A stretch of 64,000 bases of DNA from an uncultured virus (IMG/VR IMGVR_UViG_3300037963_003337) (taxonomy: Duplodnaviria; Heunggongvirae; Uroviricota; Caudoviricetes): IMG/VR virus record IMGVR_UViG_3300037963_003337. One strand, written 5' to 3'. The position numbers and the translations under genes were made by a program. Position 1 is the first letter of the stretch. Each line of letters starts with the position of its first letter. The notes beneath the pieces are model-generated. The model saw only the letters and a program-made list of their open reading frames with translations, was not told where the DNA came from and searched no databases. This document shows, piece after piece, positions 1 through 7,405 of this stretch.

Positions 1-1
1 G

Positions 2-220
2 GTCAGTTCTATCGGTATTATTGGACTCGCTCTTAATCTTCGTGCTTACGACTTTGTATCTCAGGAGATTCGTGCAGCAGAAGATCCAGAGTTTGAAACT
101 TTCTATACCAAGAATATTCTTCTGAATGAAGGACTTCGTGCTTGGATGGCACCTGCCGACCAACCACATGAGAACTTCGTATTCCCTGAGGAAGTTCTTC
201 CTAGAGGTAACGCATTGTGA
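2..220 (+). CDS. psbD: Photosystem II D2 protein, C-terminal part (truncated by window start)
   Basis: Frame from nt 2 reads ...[64 protein letters not shown], the canonical D2 C-terminus. Confidence 0.98.
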
Positions 221-327
221 TTCAATTCCTAATCGGATTAGTTGTCGGGTATTTACTTACCCGACTTATCATTACCCTATATAAAACATCAAGAATTTTA
301 TATGAAAATTTCAGACACATGGGGTAA
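217..327 (+). CDS. Small hydrophobic hypothetical protein (36 aa)
   Basis: GTG start overlaps psbD stop (GTGA); [23 protein letters not shown]...; fills the gap to the next gene. Confidence 0.45.
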
Positions 328-330
328 AAA

Positions 331-567
331 ATGATTGCATTTCTATACTTTGCATGTTTATTTGCTATCGGTGGAGGTGCTTTCGCTTTAATATGGGGGA
401 ACATCAAATCAATTAATGAGATGGATACCCCCATTAAAACAACTAGACATCCAGAAGCACCAGAACCTGGTGAAGAAGTGATGTATGTTGATGTTTCTGA
501 AATGAATAGTAAAGAATTCAGTGATCAGAAGCAGAGATTAGAAGATCTTTTCAACACAGAAGATTAG
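331..567 (+). CDS. Small membrane protein, DUF2973-like
   Basis: N-terminal TM helix followed by RHPEAP motif. Confidence 0.6.
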   Translation: MIAFLYFACLFAIGGGAFALIWGNIKSINEMDTPIKTTRHPEAPEPGEEVMYVDVSEMNSKEFSDQKQRLEDLFNTED

Positions 568-568
568 C

Positions 569-604
569 AAGGGGTTGCCAATTGGCAATCCTTTATGCTA
601 TAAT
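569..604 (+). promoter_or_regulatory. Sigma70-type promoter overlapping a terminator-like hairpin
   Basis: TTGCCA (575-580), 18 nt, TGC-TATAAT (599-604); palindrome TTGCCAATTGGCAA flanked by AAGGGG/TCCTTT. Confidence 0.6.
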
Positions 605-633
605 ACATAAGATACATCGTAACAAAACAAAGT

Positions 634-924
634 ATGTCGTTCACTGTAACTTTCAAAACTTCTGAAGGTGAGTTTACTTTCCCCTGCGAACCTGATCAGT
701 ATATTCTAGATGCTGCAGATGAAGCAGGTGTAGACGGTCCTTATTCTTGTCGTGCTGGTGCATGTTCTACGTGTGCTGGTAAGATTGAAGAGGGAACTGT
801 GGATCAAAGTGATCAATCTTTCCTAGATGATGATCAAATTGAATCAGGATTTCTTCTCACTTGTGTATCATACCCAACTAGCGATGTAGTTATCGCTGCA
901 GAGAAAGAGGAGGAACTTTACTAA
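634..924 (+). CDS. petF: Plant-type [2Fe-2S] ferredoxin
   Basis: [15 protein letters not shown]...[12 protein letters not shown]...LTCVSYP. Confidence 0.97.
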   Translation: MSFTVTFKTSEGEFTFPCEPDQYILDAADEAGVDGPYSCRAGACSTCAGKIEEGTVDQSDQSFLDDDQIESGFLLTCVSYPTSDVVIAAEKEEELY

Positions 925-1136
925 TGTCTTGCAATCTAAGAGATAGAACACTCTCTGCTTTACTTAGTAATGCAGAGGGTAATATTGAAAAAGCAAAACT
1001 GAATATTGAAATCTACTTACATAACCCTGTAGGTATTGGAGAACATCCAGACGTACTAGGTGCCATTCAAGAACAATTAGATATCATTGCTCATGAAGAA
1101 GAACGCATCGAAGTCATCCAAAAGCATTTCACCTAG
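924..1136 (+). CDS. Conserved phage hypothetical protein
   Basis: NIEIYLHNPVGIGEHPD motif; start overlaps petF stop. Confidence 0.75.
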   Translation: MSCNLRDRTLSALLSNAEGNIEKAKLNIEIYLHNPVGIGEHPDVLGAIQEQLDIIAHEEERIEVIQKHFT

Positions 1137-1185
1137 AGGATGTTGTGGATCAGGATGCTATAATTGTCCGTTTAGACCTAAATAG
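1093..1185 (+). CDS. Putative Cys-rich microprotein (30 aa, CCGSGCYNCP)
   Basis: ATG 1093 to TAG 1185 in +1 frame: MKKNASKSSKSISPRGCCGSGCYNCPFRPK. Confidence 0.45.
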   Translation: MKKNASKSSKSISPRGCCGSGCYNCPFRPK

Positions 1186-1214
1186 TTTTTATATCCACAC
1201 ATCCCAATACAAAT

Positions 1215-1433
1215 ATGGACATCCGTATATGCCCCAAGTGTGAGGCAAAATGGATTGATGGTCAACATTATTGGCATACTGGATCTCTTGGAGATCCTCA
1301 TGATCTTGCTGGTCTAGTATGTAATAACTATGGTGATGAAACATGTATCAACCCAGTCAAAGGATCTGACAGTGGAGATACATGGGAAAAAAGATCAGCA
1401 TTTTTAGACAAAATTTCAGAGGAAGATCAGTGA
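1215..1433 (+). CDS. Hypothetical protein, possible Zn-binding (CPKC...C...C)
   Basis: 72-aa ORF; CTAAATA late-promoter-like box at 1178-1184. Confidence 0.7.
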   Translation: MDIRICPKCEAKWIDGQHYWHTGSLGDPHDLAGLVCNNYGDETCINPVKGSDSGDTWEKRSAFLDKISEEDQ

Positions 1434-1501
1434 GGGATCACTGACATTCTACTGTAACAATTACCTATTAACAAATACATAATGTAGTCATATAAAGGAA
1501 T

Positions 1502-1825
1502 ATGAGGTTTCTTTTTGCACTTATCGCTACAATGTTTTTTGCTGCTCCTGTATGGGCAGTAGACGTTCAAATGGGTTATGAAGGTAATTTAGTATTTGAA
1601 CCTGCCGAAGTATCAATTAGTGCTGGCGAATCAGTACATTTTATTAACAACATGCTTCCACCCCACAATGTTATTGTGGAAGGTCGTCCAGATTTAGGTC
1701 ACGAATCCCTGGCAATGTTACCAGGTGAAGAGTTTGACCTTGCATTTTCTGATCCTGGCGACTATACTTATTGGTGTGCCCCCCATAAGGGTGCAGGCAT
1801 GATTGGAACTGTCCACGTATCATGA
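1502..1825 (+). CDS. petE: Plastocyanin
   Basis: Signal peptide; PHNV and YWCAPHKGAGM type-1 copper ligands. Confidence 0.97.
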   Translation: MRFLFALIATMFFAAPVWAVDVQMGYEGNLVFEPAEVSISAGESVHFINNMLPPHNVIVEGRPDLGHESLAMLPGEEFDLAFSDPGDYTYWCAPHKGAGMIGTVHVS

Positions 1826-1842
1826 TTTACACTCACAACTTA

Positions 1843-2499
1843 ATGAAGATTTTTCTTGACACAGCAGACCTCGATGAGATTCGTGCTGCTAATGAAACTG
1901 GTTTGATTGATGGTGTCACCACCAACCCTACACTTATTCTTCGTAGTGGGAAAACCCTTCCAGAAGTTGCTCAGCAACTTGTAAAGGAATTCCCTAATTT
2001 TGAAAGTGTTTCTACAGAGGTTGTTGCTGACACTGCTGAAGAAATGATTGCCCAAGCACAGCAGTATATTGCAATGGGTCCTGCCATTACAGTTAAACTT
2101 CCATGCACAGTTGAAGGACTGAAGGCATGTCGAGTTCTTAACAAAGCAGGAATCAAAACTAATGTTACATTGGTCATGTGTGCTGCCCAAGCAGTTCTTG
2201 CTGCTAAAGCAGGTGCTACTTATGTGTCTCCTTTTGTGGGACGACTTGATGATCAATCTGTAGCAGGACTAGAGGTTGTTCGTTCAATCTCTGAACTGTA
2301 TCGTATCTATGGGGTGCAAACTCAGGTACTATCTGCATCTATTCGTAGCGTTCAGCGTGCTGTTCGCTCCTGGTACAATGGTGCTCAGGTTGTAACGATG
2401 CCCCCTAAACACTTCTGGGAAATGTACAACCATATTCTAACTGAAGATGGTTTGGATAGATTCCAAAAAGATTGGGACGCCGCTCATGCAGAAATTTAA
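1843..2499 (+). CDS. talC: Transaldolase (TalC/FSA family)
   Basis: MKIFLDTAD...GVTTNPTL...VKLP...YVSPFVGRLDD; ATG 1843 preferred over 1822. Confidence 0.96.
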   Translation: MKIFLDTADLDEIRAANETGLIDGVTTNPTLILRSGKTLPEVAQQLVKEFPNFESVSTEVVADTAEEMIAQAQQYIAMGPAITVKLPCTVEGLKACRVLNKAGIKTNVTLVMCAAQAVLAAKAGATYVSPFVGRLDDQSVAGLEVVRSISELYRIYGVQTQVLSASIRSVQRAVRSWYNGAQVVTMPPKHFWEMYNHILTEDGLDRFQKDWDAAHAEI

Positions 2500-2986
2500 C
2501 ACATTTACATTAAATATCACAGTTGCCATCCTTGACTTCCTTTATAGGGGTCGGGATGTGCAGCGTTTTTGGGTGCTTGAGACAATTGCTCGGGCACCCT
2601 ATTTTGCGTTTTTGAGTGTACTTCATTTCAAAGAATCTCTTGGTTTGCGAACAGAAGCACACTTCCATTTAATGAAAGAACACTTCGCACAGACAGTCAA
2701 TGAGACAGAACACCTTGCAGAAATGGAGAAGCGTGGAGGTCACACTGCTTGGATTGACAGATTCTTCGCTTATCACCTGGTCCTTATTTACTATTGGATC
2801 ATGGTCGTTTATTATTTTGTGGATCCTGTGTCTGCTTATCACTTAAATTCTGAGGTAGAACTTCATGCATCTATGACCTATGCTGAATACCTAACACGTC
2901 ACGTTGACGATGAGAAAATCATCGCTATAATGAATGACGAGATTCACCATTATCAAGAACTCTTACTTGCCATGGAGAAGATTTAA
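2486..2986 (+). CDS. ptox: Plastoquinol terminal oxidase (PTOX)
   Basis: RFWVLETIARAPYFAFLSVLH, NETEHL, EVELHA, DEIHH di-iron motifs. Confidence 0.95.
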   Translation: MQKFNTFTLNITVAILDFLYRGRDVQRFWVLETIARAPYFAFLSVLHFKESLGLRTEAHFHLMKEHFAQTVNETEHLAEMEKRGGHTAWIDRFFAYHLVLIYYWIMVVYYFVDPVSAYHLNSEVELHASMTYAEYLTRHVDDEKIIAIMNDEIHHYQELLLAMEKI

Positions 2987-3279
2987 TGTTCAAGGACTAT
3001 CCACCTGAAATGGAACCGCCTGAATGGGCAACTAAACAAGAAGTCCAGGAAATGGTTGACGACATGGCACACAGATTTACTGAGATTAAACCACCACACT
3101 ATGTTACAGAACAAAAAGTTCAGGAGATGATCGATGATGCCATACGAAAGCATAATCGTAATGCTGGAATTATCAGTATGTGTGTTGGTTGGGTTGTTCT
3201 CGCACTTTTTGCTGAAGGTCTGCTTCGACTTATTGGAGTTATAGATCCAATAGTACCCTGGTTAAAAATTACAATTTAA
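2986..3279 (+). CDS. Small membrane protein with duplicated N-terminal motif
   Basis: Two VQEM(V/I)DD repeats then a C-terminal TM helix. Confidence 0.7.
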   Translation: MFKDYPPEMEPPEWATKQEVQEMVDDMAHRFTEIKPPHYVTEQKVQEMIDDAIRKHNRNAGIISMCVGWVVLALFAEGLLRLIGVIDPIVPWLKITI

Positions 3280-3285
3280 AGGAGA

Positions 3286-4338
3286 ATGATGAAAGTAGGA
3301 ATGATTGGACTCGGACGAATGGGAGAAGGTATGTCCCGTCGTCTACTCAAAGCAGGACATGAAGTTCATGGATATCGCAACAATTATAAGAAAGCAGAAG
3401 AACAATTTGAGAAGGGTTATATCAGTGGATGTGCCACTACTCTGGAAAATCTTGTTCAAATAGTACATACTAATCGAAACCCTCTCACTGAAGGTCCAGG
3501 TAAAGCACCTGGGGTATTCATGATGGTTGTACCAGCAGAAACAGTGGAGGATACATTAAATGAGTTACTACGGTTTTGTGTGGAGGGAGATATTATTATT
3601 GATCATGGCAATAGTAATTTTAAGGACTCTCGCAGGAGGGCAGAAAAACTTGCTAAGTTGGGTATCCAATATCTTGACTGTGGCACTAGCGGTGGTGTTT
3701 ACGGTCTGGACCGTGGATACTGTCTTATGGTTGGTGGTGCAAATACTGCAGTATCCGCCTGCTCTCCAATCTTTAGGGCACTCGCACCAGGCATCGGCGG
3801 TGCTTCCAGAACTGACCCTATGAGTTGGGAGTCATCCAGTGAGCATGGTTGGTTACATTGTGGAGGACCAGGTGCTGGTCACTTTGTAAAGATGGTCCAC
3901 AACGGTGTAGAGTATGGTATGATGCAGGCATATGCAGAGGGTTTCAACATCTTACATGAGGCAAACGCTGGATCCAAGTACGTCAAGGAAGGAGACGCAG
4001 AGGTTGCCCCAATGGACAACCCTGCCGATTATTGCTATGACATTGACGTTGCTGAGGTTGCTGAGTTATGGCGTCGTGGTTCTGTTGTTGGTTCTTGGTT
4101 ACTTGACCTTACCGCTGATGTTCTACGTCGTGATGGAGAACTTGGCAAGTTCGATGGGGGAGTATCAGACAGTGGTGAGGGTCGTTGGACGGTTCACGCT
4201 GCTGTGGATCTTGGCGTACCCGCTCCTGTCATCAGCAGTGCATTGTATGAGCGTTTTAACTCACGCAATCTTGGTACTTTCGCGTCCAAGATTTTAAACG
4301 GAATGCGGGCAATGTTCGGAGGTCACGATGTTCGGTAA
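3286..4338 (+). CDS. gnd: 6-phosphogluconate dehydrogenase (decarboxylating)
   Basis: GMIGLGRMG Rossmann motif, DCGTSGG, GHFVKMVHNGVEYG, DSGEGRW. Confidence 0.97.
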   Translation: MMKVGMIGLGRMGEGMSRRLLKAGHEVHGYRNNYKKAEEQFEKGYISGCATTLENLVQIVHTNRNPLTEGPGKAPGVFMMVVPAETVEDTLNELLRFCVEGDIIIDHGNSNFKDSRRRAEKLAKLGIQYLDCGTSGGVYGLDRGYCLMVGGANTAVSACSPIFRALAPGIGGASRTDPMSWESSSEHGWLHCGGPGAGHFVKMVHNGVEYGMMQAYAEGFNILHEANAGSKYVKEGDAEVAPMDNPADYCYDIDVAEVAELWRRGSVVGSWLLDLTADVLRRDGELGKFDGGVSDSGEGRWTVHAAVDLGVPAPVISSALYERFNSRNLGTFASKILNGMRAMFGGHDVR

Positions 4339-4456
4339 TGTCTTACTTTGGACAGCAATACCCTTTGTACTTTCCACAATCTATTTCGGGATACGAAAAG
4401 GTGAAAATGACTACTACGACTCGGAGGACTACAAAGGAAATGGAACAGCACACTAA
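4328..4456 (+). CDS. ndhP: NdhP-like small subunit of photosynthetic complex I (NDH-1L), 42 aa
   Basis: MFGNVLLWTAIPFVLSTIYFGIRKGENDYYDSEDYKGNGTAH: TM helix plus FG...YDS..Y.GNG.AH C-terminus characteristic of NdhP. Confidence 0.85.
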   Translation: MFGNVLLWTAIPFVLSTIYFGIRKGENDYYDSEDYKGNGTAH

Positions 4457-5783
4457 AATTTCTACTAGTCAAATTGTTATCTTTGGCGCTACAGGTGATC
4501 TATGTCGTAGGAAACTTATTCCTGCACTATTTAAATTACATGAAAAACAATTAATCCCAGACAATCTTGTAATTGTTGGCACGTCTCGCAGAGAAATTCC
4601 TAAGGAATCCTGGGTTCAATCCCTTGGAGATTATCCTCAGGATTTTCTACACAGATTAGATTGGGTATCTACCAATCTTTCTGATAAAGATTCTTTAATG
4701 AATCTTCCAAAAGCAGATGATACAACTTACTTCTTATCTGTACCCCCCGATACCTATGAACACGCAATCGGAAATCTTAAAGAAGCAGGACTCCTCGACC
4801 ACCCAGAACGCTCGCGTGTGGTTATTGAGAAACCCTTTGGGCACGATTATAAATCTGCTGATCATCTATCAAATGTGGTTGCTCGACACTTACGCGAGAA
4901 ACAAGTATATCGGATTGACCATTATCTCGGTAAAGATACTGTTAATAATATCCTTGCCACCCGCTTTAGCAATATTCTATTGGAACCACTTTGGAATAGG
5001 CAGTACATAGAAGAGATTCAAATCTTTGCAACTGAAACTATTAGTTGTGAAGGTCGTGCTCAATACTATGACACTGCTGGTCAGGTTCGTGACATGCTCC
5101 AGAATCACATTCTACAAGTCCTAGCACTCATTGCTATGGAGGCACCCTGTAGAATGTCAGCAACAGAGATTAGACGAGAGAAGGTGAAGGTGCTTGCCGC
5201 TACTAGAATGTCTGAAAACTTTATCCTGGGGCAGTATGATGGTTACAAAGATGAAGAGGGTGTTGATCCTCTCAGTGGCACTCCTACCTATTGTGCTGGT
5301 TCTCTATTCGTCGATAACTGGCGTTGGCAGGGAGTTCCTTTTAACGTCATGACTGGTAAGAAACTACCATATCAATGTGTAGAGGTAGTTATTAAACTCA
5401 AAGCACCACCGCTAAAATTATATGAAGGGGAAATTAATGATCGCATTTGTATGCGTCTACAACCTAATCCTCATCTCGACATCCGTATGGATATTAAGTC
5501 ACCTGGTCTTGGCGATGAACTTGAGCAAGCTACTCTTACCCACGACTATCCCCAAGACAGAGCAATCGATGGATACGAGAAGTTACTTTACGACGCCATA
5601 AATGGAGATCAATCACACTTTGTTCATGCTGATGAAGTTATGGAGTCCTGGAGGATCGTTGATGACCTTCTCTGTACTGGTGAGTTTTGCCCCATTCGTA
5701 CTGCTCCTTACCTCTATATGTCTGGGGTCTGGGGACCGCAATATAAAGTAGATCAAATTACCAATTGGGACTATCCAGCATGA
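4440..5783 (+). CDS. zwf: Glucose-6-phosphate 1-dehydrogenase
   Basis: IFGATGDL, EKPFG, RIDHYLGK, RDMLQNH; start at 4440 because 4338-4439 is occupied by the ndhP-like gene. Confidence 0.96.
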   Translation: MEQHTKISTSQIVIFGATGDLCRRKLIPALFKLHEKQLIPDNLVIVGTSRREIPKESWVQSLGDYPQDFLHRLDWVSTNLSDKDSLMNLPKADDTTYFLSVPPDTYEHAIGNLKEAGLLDHPERSRVVIEKPFGHDYKSADHLSNVVARHLREKQVYRIDHYLGKDTVNNILATRFSNILLEPLWNRQYIEEIQIFATETISCEGRAQYYDTAGQVRDMLQNHILQVLALIAMEAPCRMSATEIRREKVKVLAATRMSENFILGQYDGYKDEEGVDPLSGTPTYCAGSLFVDNWRWQGVPFNVMTGKKLPYQCVEVVIKLKAPPLKLYEGEINDRICMRLQPNPHLDIRMDIKSPGLGDELEQATLTHDYPQDRAIDGYEKLLYDAINGDQSHFVHADEVMESWRIVDDLLCTGEFCPIRTAPYLYMSGVWGPQYKVDQITNWDYPA

Positions 5784-5935
5784 GTTTAAACAGACGGCAT
5801 GGTCCACTAAGTAAAGAAGAAGTGGACCAACATAGGGAGTTGCGAAAGGATTTATACGAACGTATTAAACAACTTCGTATGACCGAATACATTGATGATG
5901 ATGAAGAACCAGAAATTTTCTTAGATGTATCATGA
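5780..5935 (+). CDS. Hypothetical protein (51 aa)
   Basis: ATGA-coupled at both ends. Confidence 0.6.
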   Translation: MSLNRRHGPLSKEEVDQHRELRKDLYERIKQLRMTEYIDDDEEPEIFLDVS

Positions 5936-6093
5936 TACTAGAGTTTGCTAGATTCTGTGGACGGACACTAAATAATCCGATAGCATGTGGATTCATGGCA
6001 TGGTGTCTAGTATTTGTTCCTATCATAGGAATGTACTTAGTACATAAATATAGATGGGAGCACTGGGAACCTTTTACAAGGAAACACAAATGA
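5932..6093 (+). CDS. Small membrane protein (53 aa)
   Basis: ATGA-coupled; ...LVFVPIIGMYLVHKYRWEHWEPF. Confidence 0.65.
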   Translation: MILEFARFCGRTLNNPIACGFMAWCLVFVPIIGMYLVHKYRWEHWEPFTRKHK

Positions 6094-6299
6094 AACCAGT
6101 TATATTAGTAGCATGTTTCTTACCACTCATCATATTATTCATCGTAACAAAACTTGCCGTCTGGGTCGAAGCAGTTAATGCAGAAACGGATTATGTCAGG
6201 AAAGAACCTTTACGAAAACGAGGACCCTACGTGGCAAACCCATATGCAGACGTTGATGAAGAGGAAGAGGAATATGGAGATCGCACAGATTATCGATGA
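6090..6299 (+). CDS. Small membrane protein (69 aa)
   Basis: ATGA-coupled start; N-terminal TM, acidic tail. Confidence 0.7.
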   Translation: MKPVILVACFLPLIILFIVTKLAVWVEAVNAETDYVRKEPLRKRGPYVANPYADVDEEEEEYGDRTDYR

Positions 6300-6420
6300 A
6301 GCGATTAGCGAATACTATTCGCTTCATGGACTACCTGTTCCTGATTGGAAAACTAAAAAAGATCCCTGTTGGTGGACAGAATATCTTAAACAGTTAGGTA
6401 TTGACCCCAAGAATCCATGA
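6274..6420 (+). CDS. Hypothetical protein (48 aa)
   Basis: ATG after GAGG SD; in frame with the ORF track call 6154-6420. Confidence 0.6.
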   Translation: MEIAQIIDEAISEYYSLHGLPVPDWKTKKDPCWWTEYLKQLGIDPKNP

Positions 6421-6423
6421 ATT

Positions 6424-6624
6424 ATGAATGACGAAGATTTTCCAGAGTATGATTTTCAAGTTAATTTGACAATAGAGGATATTTATCTACTCCATCATTC
6501 CGTAAAAGAAACTATTAAATATTGGCCAGGTTCTCCTTCTCGTCCTGCTGATGAACAAGAGCACCTATGGTACTTACGTGACTCATTGTACAGGATGATA
6601 TTAGAACACCAATTTCAGAAATAA
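6424..6624 (+). CDS. Hypothetical protein
   Basis: 66-aa ORF with WPGSP..P.DEQEHL motif. Confidence 0.7.
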   Translation: MNDEDFPEYDFQVNLTIEDIYLLHHSVKETIKYWPGSPSRPADEQEHLWYLRDSLYRMILEHQFQK

Positions 6625-6629
6625 TTCTC

Positions 6630-6847
6630 ATGTACCGAGAACCACACCTTCAGAAAAAATCAGATGAATGTGCAGACCTTTGGAGGGAGTGGGAACGCTT
6701 GTGGAGAAAAAAGCATTAGGTGCGCCAGAGGCGAGAAGAAAATGGTGTATTTGTTGTGACGAGTTTGCTGCCATGATAGATAGAGAGGTAAAGGAAAACC
6801 CTCGTTATAATGCATTTGATCCTAAGACCCTTAAACGACGTGAATGA
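6630..6847 (+). CDS. Micro-gene with candidate -1 frameshift (29 aa unshifted, 72 aa shifted)
   Basis: ATG 6630 to TAG 6719; in-frame A AAA AAG at 6707-6713; -1 frame open to TGA 6847. Confidence 0.55.
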
Positions 6848-7043
6848 TGTCACGTGGAGTGTTGTTATTAGTTTGATAATACTTCTAGCGGGTGTCGCTT
6901 ACTACATCTACACAATAATGACCCTTGCATATGAAGAACTTAAAGAAACTAACGTTAAAGAAAGTAGTCCCGTACATGATTGTGGCACAGACGACGATGC
7001 TGTTCATAATCACGATGGCAGTGCTGGGGCAAGTGGGCAGTAA
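6810..7043 (+). CDS. Small membrane protein
   Basis: 77-aa ORF with one TM helix. Confidence 0.65.
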   Translation: MHLILRPLNDVNDVTWSVVISLIILLAGVAYYIYTIMTLAYEELKETNVKESSPVHDCGTDDDAVHNHDGSAGASGQ

Positions 7044-7101
7044 AAAAGTTGTTGGATGTCACATGACAGGTTCCAGCACTCTTGTTTGCATTCAGAAATA
7101 A
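6931..7101 (+). CDS. Putative small membrane protein (56 aa)
   Basis: MKNLKKLTLKKVVPYMIVAQTTMLFIITMAVLGQ...C...C; basic N-terminus plus hydrophobic helix; overlaps the previous ORF. Confidence 0.45.
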   Translation: MKNLKKLTLKKVVPYMIVAQTTMLFIITMAVLGQVGSKKVVGCHMTGSSTLVCIQK

Positions 7102-7103
7102 AC

Positions 7104-7138
7104 TTGACTAAATAGGACATGAGGGTCTATAATAGACC
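7104..7138 (+). promoter_or_regulatory. Sigma70-type promoter of the riboswitch transcript
   Basis: TTGACT (7104-7109), 18 nt, TATAAT (7128-7133); embedded CTAAATA (7108-7114); palindrome GGTCTAT-A-ATAGACC. Confidence 0.75.
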
Positions 7139-7141
7139 TGT

Positions 7142-7370
7142 CGTTCATCCCACTCTAGTGGTGGGACGCAAGTAAGTCGCGGAACGGAGCGTTCATCCCA
7201 ATGGTAGATCTACTACTATACACTACAATTAGTTGTGCTGATGCCGATGCTATCCTGCTGAGGATTGATGCACATAAAAATCTGCCTGATACTATCAAGG
7301 TAGAACTTGTAGAGACCGTAAAGGAATCAACACCTGATTGTTATTGGGACGCAAACGACTGAAGGAACGG
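7142..7370 (+). ncRNA. Tandem glutamine riboswitch-like aptamers (glnA / Downstream-peptide class)
   Basis: Two copies of CGTTCATCCCA...TGGGACGCAA...GGAACGG; AGTA/GAA E-loop halves; directly upstream of a DUF4278 peptide gene. Confidence 0.8.
7201..7362 (+). CDS. 53-aa ORF nested in the P2 loop of the second aptamer
   Basis: MVDLLLYTTISCADADAILLRIDAHKNLPDTIKVELVETVKESTPDCYWDAND*; GGAG at 7186-7189. Confidence 0.65.
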   Translation: MVDLLLYTTISCADADAILLRIDAHKNLPDTIKVELVETVKESTPDCYWDAND

Positions 7371-7405
7371 GGATTAAACCACCCTTACTTTCAGGAGTAC
7401 ATCAA

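Noticed and set aside
4338..4439. N-terminal extension of zwf in the ORF track
   Set aside because: Not G6PDH-like; the region is better explained by the NdhP-like ORF in another frame
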